Source of the DNA: Gemmatimonadales bacterium
Lineage (GTDB): Bacteria; Gemmatimonadota; Gemmatimonadetes; Gemmatimonadales; GWC2-71-9
NCBI GenBank assembly: GCA_041615815.1
Contig: JBFJCP010000033.1
Span: 1-46,005 of the forward strand
Direction of reading: 5' to 3'
DNA length: 46,005 nucleotides
Shown: one piece after another, positions 18,063 through 29,000 of the stretch
Position numbering within the stretch: position 1 is the first letter of the stretch
How the letters are laid out: the number at the start of each line of letters is the position of its first letter
Made by a program: the position numbers and the translations under genes
Notes under the pieces: generated by a model
Told to the model about the DNA's origin: nothing
Databases searched by the model: none
What the model saw: only the letters and a program-made list of their open reading frames with translations

Positions 18063-19861
18063 TAGTCGACCTGTAGCACGGCGAGAAATGCCTCCTGCGG
18101 GATCTCCACGACACCGACCTGCTTCATGCGACGCTTTCCTTCTTTCTGCTTCTCCAACAGCTTCCGTTTCCGGGTCACGTCTCCGCCATAGCACTTCGCT
18201 GTGACGTTCTTGCGCAATGGACGCACGGTCTCGCGGGCAATCACCCTCGAGCCAATGGCTGCTTGGATGACGACTTCGAAGAGCTGGCGCGGAATGAGCT
18301 CCTTGAGCTTCTCGGCGAGCTTGCGACCCCATTCATAGGCCTTGGTCCGATGGATGACGACGCTGAACGCGTCCACGGCATCTCCATTGATCAACATGTC
18401 GAGCTTGACCAAGTCGTTGGCCCGATAGGCCGCCAGTTCGTAGTCCATGGCCGCGTACCCACGTGTCACCGTTTTCAACCGATCGAAGAAATCGAGAATG
18501 ATCTCGGCGAGTGGAAACTCCCACTCGAATTGCACCCGCGTCGGGTTGAGGTAGTGCATGCCCAAGTACTCCCCGCGACGCTCCTGACCAAGCTTCATGA
18601 TGGCGCCGATGTAGTCAGCGGGCGCCGTGATTCGAGCCTTCACATAGGGTTCTTCGATGCGCTCGAGTTCCCCGACACTCGGCATCTTGGTCGGGTTCTC
18701 GATCAATGTCATCACGCCGTCTCCATGGTACACGTGATACTCGACGTTCGGGACCGTGGTGATCAGATCGACGTTGAATTCCCGCGAGAGCCGCTCCCGC
18801 ACGATATCCAAGTGGAGGAGACCGAGGAAGCCGCAGCGGAACCCAAAGCCCAAGGCCGCCGATGTCTCGGGCTCGTAGCGCAGGGAGGCGTCGTTGAGTT
18901 GGAGCTTCTCGAGCGCGTCGCGTAACTCCTCGTACTGATTGGCGTCGGTGGGATAGAGTCCCGCGAACACCATGGGATGCACTTCCCGGTATCCCGGGAG
19001 CATGGTGGGCGCGAGATCGTTGGCATCCAACACCGTATCGCCGACCCGGGTCTCCGTGACTCCCCGCACGTTCGCCACGACATACCCCACCTCCCCCGCC
19101 TCAAGCGCGTCGGTGGGTCGTTGACCGAGCTGAAGATACCCCACCTCCGCCACCTCGTAGCGATCCTCCGGATGGGCGCCGAAACAAATCTCCATGCCGC
19201 GGCCCAAGCGTCCATCGACCACGCGGATGCTGGGGATGGCGCCGCGATAGCGGTCGTAATAGGAGTCGAAGATCAGCGCGCGCAGTGGCGCGTCGGGAGA
19301 GCCATTGGGCGGCGGCACCCGGTGAACGATGGCCTCCAGCAGCGGGCCGATGCCCGTCCCTTCCTTCGCGGACACCCGGAGGAACTCGTCCGCCGACACG
19401 CCAATGAGCTCCTCGAGCTCGGCCGCATGCCGGTCCGGTTCGGCCGCGGGAAGGTCGATCTTGTTCAGGACCGGGATGATCTCGAGCCCGGCGTCCAGCG
19501 CCAAGAACAGATTGCTGATCGTCTGCGCCTCGATCCCCTGACTGGCATCCACCACCAGAATGGCACCTTCGCACGCGTTGAGCGAGCGTGACACCTCATA
19601 CGTGAAATCGACGTGCCCTGGGGTATCGATCAGGTTCAACTCGTATCGCTCGCCGTTCGGGGCCGTGAATTGCATACGAACGGCATTGAGCTTGATGGTG
19701 ATACCGCGCTCGCGCTCGAGGTCCATCGTGTCGAGCACCTGTTCCCGCATCCGCCGCTTTTCCAGGGTTGCCGTCGCTTCGATCAGACGGTCCGCGAGAG
19801 TGGACTTGCCATGATCGATGTGGGCAACGATGCAGAAGTTACGGATGTGGTCTTGATGCAT
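18062..19861 (-). CDS. lepA: Elongation factor 4
   Basis: [74 protein letters not shown]. Start ATG 19861. Confidence 0.98.
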   Translation of the reverse strand: MHQDHIRNFCIVAHIDHGKSTLADRLIEATATLEKRRMREQVLDTMDLERERGITIKLNAVRMQFTAPNGERYELNLIDTPGHVDFTYEVSRSLNACEGAILVVDASQGIEAQTISNLFLALDAGLEIIPVLNKIDLPAAEPDRHAAELEELIGVSADEFLRVSAKEGTGIGPLLEAIVHRVPPPNGSPDAPLRALIFDSYYDRYRGAIPSIRVVDGRLGRGMEICFGAHPEDRYEVAEVGYLQLGQRPTDALEAGEVGYVVANVRGVTETRVGDTVLDANDLAPTMLPGYREVHPMVFAGLYPTDANQYEELRDALEKLQLNDASLRYEPETSAALGFGFRCGFLGLLHLDIVRERLSREFNVDLITTVPNVEYHVYHGDGVMTLIENPTKMPSVGELERIEEPYVKARITAPADYIGAIMKLGQERRGEYLGMHYLNPTRVQFEWEFPLAEIILDFFDRLKTVTRGYAAMDYELAAYRANDLVKLDMLINGDAVDAFSVVIHRTKAYEWGRKLAEKLKELIPRQLFEVVIQAAIGSRVIARETVRPLRKNVTAKCYGGDVTRKRKLLEKQKEGKRRMKQVGVVEIPQEAFLAVLQVD

Positions 19862-19968
19862 GGGGGAGAATATAACGGAGGGCCGAGAGGAGGTTGGAAG
19901 ATCAGGAAGACGGAAAGTTCCAGGGTGACAAGTCACCGGTCGCCGGACGTGGATCCCGGCACATGAGC

Positions 19969-19999
19969 AAAAGGACGGAGAGGCGTAGCCCCTCCGTCC
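19969..19999 (-). terminator. Intrinsic terminator after the M28 peptidase gene
   Basis: GGACGGAG...CTCCGTCC stem (19973-19999) followed by TTTT on the minus strand. Confidence 0.6.
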
Positions 20000-20029
20000 G
20001 ACGCTCTGCGATGACCTCCACCCTCGCCC

Positions 20030-21562
20030 CTAGCGCGGTTCGACTATTTCCTCATAGCTCTCTGGATTCCACGCCGGGCGTTCGGGCGCATTGGCCACCT
20101 CTAGCCCCAAATAGAAGAGGAGTTTGACGATGCGCGATTCCTTCTCGGCGTCGATCTTGCCCACCTCATCGCTCGGCCGATGGTAGTCTTCATGGGTCCC
20201 ATTGAAGAAGAATAGAATCGGCACGCCCTTGCGCGCGAAGTTGAAGTGGTCGGAGCGCCGGTAGAAATTCTCGTTGGGCCAAAGGTCGTCGATGGCCGTC
20301 ATATCCAGTTCGGGATGATTGGCGGTGACCCGCTCCAGCGTCGCGCCGAGATCGGAATGTTGTTTTCCGATGACCACGATCGTGTCCCGCCAATTGCGGC
20401 CGATCATATCGGCGTTGAGGTTGGCCACCACGCGTTCGATGGGGACCGGCGGCCGCTCCGCAAAATACTCGCTTCCCCACAAACCCTTTTCTTCGCCGCT
20501 CACCGTAAGAAAGATGACCGAGCGCTTGGGCTGCACCTCGAGCTTGGAAAAGGCCTCCGCCAGCTCGATCACCCCCGCGGTGCCGGAGGCGTCGTCGTCG
20601 GCGCCGTTGTAGATGCTGTCGCCGCCAGCGGCGCGCCCCACCCCTACGTGGTCCATGTGCGCGCTGTACACGAGATACTCGTCTTTGAGAGCGGCATCGC
20701 TGCCCTCGAGAATTCCCACGACGTTCGGTGCGGTGAACTCGTTCACGACCTCGTTTGTGAGCACGAGGGTCATCCGGAGGTCGGGGAGTGCAGTCACGGT
20801 GACCGATTCGGCGCTCCGGCGCATCGCCGCAGCGAGCTCGTAGCCGTGCGCTCGCAGCACCCCCGCGACGGTGGAATCCCGCGTTTCCACCACCCGAGAG
20901 GTCTCGTCGCGGCGGCTCCATCCCGTGACGACGCGCTCACGATCCTGGGAACCCAGGAGCTGTTGCCAACGTGCCTGAGGGCGCGGAGTGACCAGGACGA
21001 CGGCCAAGGGATCATGACGAAGGGCAGCCACCGCCATGCGGTTCGTCGTTTGGTCGAGCGGTGTGACGATGAGGACTATCCGGCCTGCGAGGGACTCGCG
21101 GGAGAGCGCTTCGGTCGCATCCGCACTTCCAGAAACCACGGCAACCGCTCCCGAGACACCCTCTGGTGGCGTCGTGCCGAAATGACGGATCGCGTCCGTT
21201 CCCACACGCCAGGTCGGTCCACCGTCGACGGCCAGCCGCGCTGCTGCCAAATCTAGCCGGACCCGTTGAATGGGATACCGCTGGACGAACGTGCCGCCGT
21301 CCCCACCAGGGGCGAGCCCGAACGTCCGGAACTGATCCGCCACATACCGCGCCGTTGCCTCCAAGCCGGGGCTCGGCGTGTCCCGTCCGCGCATAGAGTC
21401 GTGCGCGATGATCCCGATGCGCCGCTCGATGTCAGAACTCGTGATCGAGTTTACCGCATTCGACACCGACGTCGGCAACACCATCTCGGGTTGCGGTTGC
21501 TGGGCCTGCGCCAACCCCGAGACGAGAAACGATAGTGCGGCACACAAGGGGATTGGGTTCAC
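20030..21562 (-). CDS. Secreted M28-family metallopeptidase
   Basis: Signal peptide; MRGRDTPSPG, NVVGILEG, SAHMDHVG, NGADDDASG, SGEEKGLWGS, NADMIGR, RSDHFNF, DYHRPSD. Confidence 0.92.
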   Translation of the reverse strand: MNPIPLCAALSFLVSGLAQAQQPQPEMVLPTSVSNAVNSITSSDIERRIGIIAHDSMRGRDTPSPGLEATARYVADQFRTFGLAPGGDGGTFVQRYPIQRVRLDLAAARLAVDGGPTWRVGTDAIRHFGTTPPEGVSGAVAVVSGSADATEALSRESLAGRIVLIVTPLDQTTNRMAVAALRHDPLAVVLVTPRPQARWQQLLGSQDRERVVTGWSRRDETSRVVETRDSTVAGVLRAHGYELAAAMRRSAESVTVTALPDLRMTLVLTNEVVNEFTAPNVVGILEGSDAALKDEYLVYSAHMDHVGVGRAAGGDSIYNGADDDASGTAGVIELAEAFSKLEVQPKRSVIFLTVSGEEKGLWGSEYFAERPPVPIERVVANLNADMIGRNWRDTIVVIGKQHSDLGATLERVTANHPELDMTAIDDLWPNENFYRRSDHFNFARKGVPILFFFNGTHEDYHRPSDEVGKIDAEKESRIVKLLFYLGLEVANAPERPAWNPESYEEIVEPR

Positions 21563-21739
21563 TAAGTTGCTCCTTGAATCGGGGGCCGAGGGTCAGCTCA
21601 CGCCCGGTCGCCTGTAGCCTGTCACGTTCTTCCACACCTACTGCCTAGCACTTAACACCCGACCTAAACTTACCCCGCCCGCCCGCGAAGTGCCGCGGAC
21701 GAGCGGGGGTCGAGCGGCCTGCCTCCCGGCCACCGCTGG

Positions 21740-23104
21740 CTATCCCTGCGGATCTTTCTTCTTTGGCTTCCGCTTCGGCGCAGGCCTCGCCGGCTTCTTG
21801 GCCGGTGTTGCCCGGGCCGGTCGCTTGGGCGCTGGACGCGCCTGTCGCTCGGAGGCAGGCCGCCGCGCAGGACTCCGCTGCGCGGACGGTGGCTCCTTGG
21901 ACCGACGCTTGGGCACCTCACGAACCCGTGGTTGCTCCGACCGCTGTGGCGTGGGCCGGGCTTCCGGGCGCCGGGTGCGTTCCTGGATCTTCCGGACTGG
22001 TTCCCCCGCCTCGCGCGTTGCTGGCTCGCGACGCTCGAGCTTGGGTCGGTCCACTGTCGCTTTCGGCGCCCGATTCCGGTCCTGTTCGATGTACCGCCTG
22101 AGGTCGCCCGGTACCGCCGGCCGGTCCCGCGCGTCGCCAGATCTGGTTCGCGACGGGGTCTCGTCGACCCGACGGCGCGAGTCGCGCTGGTCGTCCGACG
22201 CCCGCGGGCTGGTGGCCGGGGCAGGGATTCGTCCCATCCCGTTCACGTCCCGCCTCGTGGCACCCCGGTCAGGGCTGCGCCGATCGACGTCGTGGTCCGT
22301 GGGACGCCGGCGTTCGCGCGTCACGTAGGGCTTGGCGCCCGCGCGGTCCTTGAAGACATACCGCGGGGCATATCGGCCCGGCCGCTTGTACACCACCCGC
22401 GTGCCCGCATAGGCTCGAGCGGGATAGTAGTAGGGGTCGTCGTAGATCACGATGCGGAACCGGACACAGGAGTGCCGGTACGGATTCCACGACCGGTACG
22501 GCACATACGCGTGACAGTCGTAGCAGAGGAACCGCGGGTAGCTGTACCGCTGCTCGACGGAGTACGGGTACACATCTGTCGTATACCCCGCGTAGTCGCC
22601 CACCACGATGTGATCCACCAGTTCGTCGAACGCCACGTACGGATCCCCGGTGACGCGGCCGTGATACGCGATCGCCTCGTAATCCCAGTGGTCGCGACGA
22701 GTGAATGCGCGGTAGTCGAACGGCTCGTAACTCGCGACAGCGAAGACATACCCCTGCCCGGGGTATTCGTCCACGCGGAACGCATAGTCGGCATGGGTGC
22801 CATACGGCTCCACGACCTCGTACCGGCGGCCACCGTACACCAGGTTCTCGTGCCACGGGTATTGCGGGTAGAGCACGCGCACCCGGCCGTCGGTATCGAT
22901 GCGGAAGACCGTGACATACGCGTCACTGTCCGTTTCGAAGTACACCCGTGCACGATCTCCCCGGCGGTAGTACCCGTCGCCGTTCAGCCAGACGTGGACC
23001 GCGGGAGCGAATCCGCGGCGCTCGAGCCGCGATCGCTCGGGGCTCGCAGAAACGGGTGCTGCGGTGCCCGCGATGAGTGCTGCCACGACAAAGGTCTTGA
23101 TCAC
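21740..23104 (-). CDS. Secreted DUF4384-like domain protein, Tyr-rich, with CxxCH motif and Arg/Pro-rich tail
   Basis: GTG start with GAGG SD; signal peptide; YRRGDRARVYFETDSDAYVTVFRIDTDGRVRVLYP; CYDCH; low-complexity basic C-terminus. Confidence 0.75.
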   Translation of the reverse strand: MIKTFVVAALIAGTAAPVSASPERSRLERRGFAPAVHVWLNGDGYYRRGDRARVYFETDSDAYVTVFRIDTDGRVRVLYPQYPWHENLVYGGRRYEVVEPYGTHADYAFRVDEYPGQGYVFAVASYEPFDYRAFTRRDHWDYEAIAYHGRVTGDPYVAFDELVDHIVVGDYAGYTTDVYPYSVEQRYSYPRFLCYDCHAYVPYRSWNPYRHSCVRFRIVIYDDPYYYPARAYAGTRVVYKRPGRYAPRYVFKDRAGAKPYVTRERRRPTDHDVDRRSPDRGATRRDVNGMGRIPAPATSPRASDDQRDSRRRVDETPSRTRSGDARDRPAVPGDLRRYIEQDRNRAPKATVDRPKLERREPATREAGEPVRKIQERTRRPEARPTPQRSEQPRVREVPKRRSKEPPSAQRSPARRPASERQARPAPKRPARATPAKKPARPAPKRKPKKKDPQG

Positions 23105-23154
23105 GAACCTCACCCCCTCAGGGCAAAGGAAACAACGTCCACACCCTTCTGAAG

Positions 23155-23170
23155 TGCAGACCCCATGCCA
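23155..23170 (-). promoter_or_regulatory. Candidate sigma54 (-24/-12) promoter for the DUF4384-like gene
   Basis: Minus strand TGGCATGGGGTCTGCA = GG-N10-GC, about 50 nt upstream of the start. Confidence 0.5.
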
Positions 23171-23254
23171 GGATCTAATCCATTGTTTGGCAACAACTTG
23201 GCCGATCATACGGGGATCCAGGCCGTCCTCTAGCGAGGACACATCGGGCTGTGT

Positions 23255-23284
23255 TTGACGCGGGAGGAAGGAGGTGGGTAGCAT
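23255..23284 (+). promoter_or_regulatory. Candidate sigma70 promoter for the DUF58-BatA-mfd operon
   Basis: TTGACG-18 bp-TAGCAT. Confidence 0.45.
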
Positions 23285-23328
23285 ACGCGTATGCCAACGA
23301 GACGAAGCCCTGAGTTCCGAGAGGCGCC

Positions 23329-24228
23329 GTGAGTCCACGGACCGATCTGCTCGATCCGTACGAGGTGGCCCAGCTCGGCGGAATCGAGCTGGTGGCGCGC
23401 GGAGTCGTGGAGGGGTTTCTGGCCGGACAGCACCGATCGCCATTCCGGGGGTTTTCGGTCGAGTTCGCCGAGCACCGCCCATACCAGCCAGGAGACGAGC
23501 TGCGATACCTGGATTGGCGGATGCTGGCACGATCCGACCGGCTATTCGTGAAACAGTACGAGGAGGAGACGAACCTCCGCTCGATGATTGTCCTGGATGT
23601 CAGTCGCTCCATGGACTGGTCCGGCGCAGAGCGTCGGCTCACCAAGCTCGAATACGCGAAGCGTCTGGTGGCCGCGATCAGTCTCGTCTTGCTGCGTCAA
23701 CGTGACGCAACCGGTCTCATCGCGTTCGATGACGAGGTTCGGACCGTAGTTCGGGCTCGGGCTCGATCGCGGCATTGGTGGACATTGCTCCACGCCATTG
23801 TGCGTCTCGAGACCGGACACGGCACGGCTGCCGAGCCGGCTTTGCGGCGCGTCACGGATCTGCTGCGTCGTCGCGGTTTGGTGATCTTTGTCTCGGACCT
23901 GCTCTTGGAGCGGGATCTGGCCTTGTTGACGTTGCAGTATCTCCGACATCGTGGACATCAGGTGGTGGTCTTCCACGTGATGGACCCTGGCGAGCTCCGC
24001 CTCGAGGGACCGCCGGAAGCTCGATTCGAAGATCCGGAAACGGGAAGCAGTCTCGTCGCCCGCCCCCGGGAGCTCCGGGCCGTCTACGAGGAGACCGTCC
24101 GTGGGCAGATTGCGGCCTGGCGCGCCGCCTGCCGGGGCGGTGGGATCGAATACCACCACGTGCTCACCGACACGCCGTTCGGCTTCATTCTCCGCCGGGC
24201 TACTGCCCGGCGACCACAGCTCGGGTGA
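23329..24228 (+). CDS. DUF58 domain (vWA-like) protein
   Basis: GQHRSPFRGFSVEFAEHRPYQPGDELRYLDW, VKQYEEETN, LDVSRSM, FVSDLL. Confidence 0.92.
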   Translation: MSPRTDLLDPYEVAQLGGIELVARGVVEGFLAGQHRSPFRGFSVEFAEHRPYQPGDELRYLDWRMLARSDRLFVKQYEEETNLRSMIVLDVSRSMDWSGAERRLTKLEYAKRLVAAISLVLLRQRDATGLIAFDDEVRTVVRARARSRHWWTLLHAIVRLETGHGTAAEPALRRVTDLLRRRGLVIFVSDLLLERDLALLTLQYLRHRGHQVVVFHVMDPGELRLEGPPEARFEDPETGSSLVARPRELRAVYEETVRGQIAAWRAACRGGGIEYHHVLTDTPFGFILRRATARRPQLG

Positions 24229-26042
24229 TTGCCTTTCTTCAGCCGCTCGTGCTGCTCGGCCTCGCGGCGGCCTCCATACCCACACTGCTGCACCTCCTGG
24301 GCCGACGCCAACCACCCACGGTGACGTTTCCGGCTGTGCGGTACTTGACGGTAACCGAACGCGAGCACAGCAAGCGCCTCAAGCTCCGGAACCTCCTGCT
24401 GCTCATCCTTCGCACGGCCGTAATCGTGTTTGTCGTGTTGGGAGCGGCGCGGCCGGTCGCGCGTGTGGCGGGAGGTTCGTCGCACCCACCTACCGCCATC
24501 GCCATTGTCCTCGATAACTCGCTTTCGTCCGGGGCCGTGGTGGACGGTCGGCGCATCTTGGATCTCCTGATCCAGCGGGCGCACCTAGCCCTGAGTCGGA
24601 CAACTTCTCAGGACCGTTTGTGGCTGGTGGTGGCCGATGGTATTCCCCGACGTCTGGGACGGGCGGAGCTGACCGCGGCGTTGGACAGTCTTCGCGTGTG
24701 GCCCGTCCGTCTCGACGTCGGCGCAGCGGTGCGGGCGGCCGCAGCCGCGGTCGAGGACGATCCGCTCCCGGGCAGCGAGATCCTCGTCTTCAGTGACTTA
24801 CAGGAAACGGCCCTCTCCCAGGCAGCCGATCCCGGCGTGCGGGTCTTGGTCTGGGACCCACCGCCGCCTCCGCCGAACCGCGGCGTCGACTCGGTCTCGG
24901 CCGAGCCGCCCCGATGGTCCCCGTCGGGCACCGTCGTCGCCAGCATCGGCGGCGCGGCTCCCGAACCGGCGGCGGTCCTGCTGACGGTCGCGGGTCGTGA
25001 GTTGACGCGAGCGGTGGCGGCGCCCGGCGATCGCGTGGTCTTACCGGGGACCGCCTCCCGTCAGGGCTGGTTGCGAGCCGCCGTGGAGTTGGATCCGGAC
25101 GAGCTACGGGCCGACGATCGCCGCTGGCTCGCCGTGCACGTCGCGCCTCCTTCGGCCGCAACCAGCGGCCCGGGCGCCGGACCGTTTGTCCTGGAAGCGC
25201 TGAGCGTGCTGCAACAGGGCGGGCGTGTCACGGCGGGCCGAGAGGTATCGCTCGACGATCAGCTTGCGCCGGGGACCACGGTGCTGGTGCCGCCGTCGGA
25301 TCCTTCGCTGGTCGGCGCCGTCAATCGGGCGCTGGCCGCTCGGGGAGTGAGCTGGCAGTTCGGCGAACTGTTGGCAGGTGAATGGACCGTGAGCGGAGCG
25401 GTGGGTCTCGCGGCCGGGGCACCGGTATTCCGCCGATATCGGCTCGAGGGACAGGGCATCGTCGTTGCCCGGGTCGCGGGCGATCCCTGGCTCGTACGCG
25501 CACCGGGCGTCGTCCTGCTAGGCAGTCGGCTCGAAGAGGAATGGACCGGATTGCCGGTGGGTGCCGCTTTCGTTCCCTTCGTGGATTTTCTCGTGAATCG
25601 ATTGGCGGCGCGCGAGAGCTGGATCGTGCGTGGGACGCCCGGGGCGCCCGTCGAGCTTCCGCCCACGGCGGCTGCATTGCTCACCCCCACGGGTGCGGTT
25701 CCGTTGCCGAGCAGTCGGCGGCTCACGGCGCCTCTCGAGACGGGAGTGTTTTTCTTGGAGGGTGCTGCGGGCGATACGGTCGGAGCGCTCGAGGTGAACT
25801 TCGATCCTCGCGAGACGCAACTGGTTCGGGCCAACCCGGGCTCGGTGCGTGCGGCGCTGGGCCAGAGCACCGAAGTGTTGGGTGACGCGGCTTTCGAACG
25901 CGCATTGTTTCGCGGGACCCGACGCGCGGATCTCACTGGGATCATGATTGCCGCCGCCGTGCTCGCGGCCCTCGTTGAGATGGCCGTGGCCTCCACGGGC
26001 TCCGGGCGGCGCGAGGGACAGGATGCTCCCCCGGCTGGTTGA
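24225..26042 (+). CDS. BatA-domain/vWA membrane protein
   Basis: N-terminal FLQPLVLLGLAAASIPTLLHLL...FPAVRYL...LLLLILR; VLDNSLS; FSDLQ; C-terminal TM helix. GTG start overlaps the DUF58 stop. Confidence 0.85.
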   Translation: MIAFLQPLVLLGLAAASIPTLLHLLGRRQPPTVTFPAVRYLTVTEREHSKRLKLRNLLLLILRTAVIVFVVLGAARPVARVAGGSSHPPTAIAIVLDNSLSSGAVVDGRRILDLLIQRAHLALSRTTSQDRLWLVVADGIPRRLGRAELTAALDSLRVWPVRLDVGAAVRAAAAAVEDDPLPGSEILVFSDLQETALSQAADPGVRVLVWDPPPPPPNRGVDSVSAEPPRWSPSGTVVASIGGAAPEPAAVLLTVAGRELTRAVAAPGDRVVLPGTASRQGWLRAAVELDPDELRADDRRWLAVHVAPPSAATSGPGAGPFVLEALSVLQQGGRVTAGREVSLDDQLAPGTTVLVPPSDPSLVGAVNRALAARGVSWQFGELLAGEWTVSGAVGLAAGAPVFRRYRLEGQGIVVARVAGDPWLVRAPGVVLLGSRLEEEWTGLPVGAAFVPFVDFLVNRLAARESWIVRGTPGAPVELPPTAAALLTPTGAVPLPSSRRLTAPLETGVFFLEGAAGDTVGALEVNFDPRETQLVRANPGSVRAALGQSTEVLGDAAFERALFRGTRRADLTGIMIAAAVLAALVEMAVASTGSGRREGQDAPPAG

Positions 26043-29000
26043 AGCGCTCCGGGCGCTGCCCGCCTATCGCGGTCTTCTCGAGGATCTTCCGCAGCAAGGC
26101 AACACCATGGACGTGGCGCCGCTGCCGGGCTCGGGCGCATCCGTGTTACTGGCTGCCCTCATGCAGGATCTGCCTCAACGGTTGTTCGCCGTCGTCGCAG
26201 CCACTCCGGCAGATGCGGAGCGTTGGCTGGCGGACCTGGACGTGCTCATCGCATCTGGCGCCCGCCACTATCCGCAGCGCGAAGCGCTGGGTGAAGAGGA
26301 GCCGCATCTCGAGATCGCGGGCGAACGTGTCGAGACGATCGCCGCCACGCTGGCCGGGGATGTGCGGGTGCTCATCACGACCGTGCGGGCAACGGCGGAG
26401 CTCACCCCCATGCCCACCGCCGTCGCCGAGAGACGCCTCGAGCTCGCCGTAGGCGAACCCGCGGACCTCGAAACGGTGGTCGGTCGGCTCGAGCAGATGG
26501 GATACGAGCGTCGCCCCACCGTGCTGGACGTGGGTCTGTTCGCGGTACGTGGCGGCATCGTGGACGTATACGGTTTCGGGATGGCGGCACCGACCAGAAT
26601 CGAGTGGTGGGGAGACGAGCCGCATTCGATCCGAGCCTTCGATCTCGAGACGCAACGGTCGGAGCGGGAGGTGCATCGGGTGGCGGTGCTCCCCATCCGC
26701 CCTCAGAAGGCTGGAAGGCCCGAAAGTCGGAAGGACGGCACGGATAGCCACCCTCAGTCCTACCACCATGTGGATGCTCCCTCGTACCGCCAGTCCATCC
26801 TCGACCTCCTTCCACCGGACACGCTCGTCTTCGTCGACGCGGACGTGGAGTCGGCCGAGGTCCATCGGATGTGGTCTGAGGCACCGCATCATATCGAGGT
26901 GGCCCGCCGGCGCGGTGAGGACGTGCCAGATCCGGCGACCATCTTCTTGCCGCCCGACGCCTGGGCGGCGCGCTGGCACCGATTCGGGCGCGTGGCGCTG
27001 GGATCGGATACCGCGCCCCACGATCTCAAGCTGCTCCCACCGCCACGTGTCGAGCGGGACATCAGGCGCTTGCTCAAGGTCATACGCGAGAGCCCAACCC
27101 TGATCCTGTGCGATAACCAAGGCCAGCTGGAGCGACTCGATGAGCTATTGACCGAAGGTGGGGCATCGTGGGCCCCCGCCGCACCGAACGCCACGTTGGC
27201 CCTGGGCTCATTGGGCGGTGGTTTCTCGATGCGGGGCATCACGGTGCTGACCGATCACGAAATCTTTCGCCGCGCACGTCGGATTCGACGGCCCCGGCGC
27301 TATCGACAGGCACTGACGCCGGCGGGGTCGCTCGCCCCCGGGGATTTTCTCGTCCATCTCGAGCATGGGATCGGCATCTATCGCGGGATCCAGACCATCA
27401 CGGTGGGCGAGCCGGGGGGGGGCACCATGGAGGTGGCGGTGCTCGAGTACGAAGGTGGCGACCGACTCAACGTGCCGTTGTACCGCTTGGATCAAGTGGA
27501 GCCGTACCGAGCGGTCTCAGACGGTGAGGAAGCATCGGCACCGCGGCTCGATCGGTTGGGCAGCACCCGGTGGCGGCGCCGCCGCGAGAAGACCGAATCG
27601 GCCATCCGCAAGATGGCGGCCGAGCTGTTGGAACTGTACGCGCGCCGCGCCCTCGTACCCGGCTTTGCGTTTCCTCCCGACACGCGATGGCAACGCGAGC
27701 TCGAATCCTCGTTTTTGTACGAGGACACGCCCGATCAGCGCACCGCCGCCGAGGAGACCAAGCGGGATATGGAGCGTCCGCATCCAATGGATCGCCTGAT
27801 CGTGGGTGATGTGGGCTACGGCAAGACCGAGGTTGCGGTCCGCGCGGCGTTCAAGGCGGCTCAAGCCGGTAAGCAAGTGGTCATGCTGGTCCCCACCACG
27901 ATTCTCGCCGAGCAGCACGGGCGCACGTTTCGGGAGCGACTGGCGGATTACCCGGTCATGGTGGATGTGCTCTCTCGATTCCGCACGCCGACAGAGCAGA
28001 AAGAGGTCCTGCGCCGGCTCACGGGAGGAGGGGTCGATATCGTCGTCGGCACCCATCGGTTGCTGTCGCGCGACGTCACGTTTCGCGATCTGGGGCTCAT
28101 GATCGTCGATGAAGAGCATCGCTTCGGCGTCCGACACAAGGAACGCCTGAAGGCACTGAAGTTGGAAGTGGATGTGCTCACGCTCACGGCGACGCCCATT
28201 CCTCGGACCCTCCACCTCGCACTCTCGGGCCTGCGCGACCTCACGCTCATCCAGACACCGCCGCGGGATCGGTCGCCGGTCGTGACGTTCGTCGAGCCCT
28301 GGGACGACGAGCTGTTGGAGGAGGTGATGGCCCGGGAGCTGGACCGCGCCGGTCAGGTCTTTTTCGTACACAATCGCATCGAGACCATCGACACGATTGC
28401 GGAACGCGTGGTCAAGTTAGCGCCGCGGGCGCGCGTGGCGGTGGCGCACGGCAAGATGCGCGAGCGCGAGCTGGACGATGTCATGCGGCGCTTCGTGGCC
28501 GGGGAGGTCGACGTCCTCGTGTCCACCATGATCGTGGAATCGGGCCTCGACGTTCCCAACGCCAACACCATGATCGTGCACCAGGCGCACCACCTGGGTC
28601 TGGCGCAGCTGTATCAGCTCCGTGGACGCGTGGGTCGGGGGCACCGCCGAGCGTACTGCTATCTCCTCGTGCCCGACGCCGTGGATCCAGACGCCGAGCA
28701 ACGGCTCAAAGTCTTGGAGCATCACACCGAGCTGGGTTCGGGCTACCGTATCGCGCTCCGCGATCTCGAGCTTCGGGGAGCCGGCAACATCTTGGGAGGT
28801 GAGCAATCCGGTCACGCGCACGCCGTCGGGTTCGATTTGTACATGCGGTGGCTCGACGAAACGGTCCGGGCGCTCAAAGGCGACGCGCACGAGGAACATC
28901 CACCCCCCGACGTGTTGTTCGAGGGATCCGCGCACCTGCCGGATGGGTACATCTCTGATGAGGACGCCAAGATCGACATCTATCGTCGGCTGGCGCGGGC

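Noticed and set aside
21932..23152. 406-aa plus-strand ORF
   Set aside because: Antisense shadow of the DUF4384-like gene.
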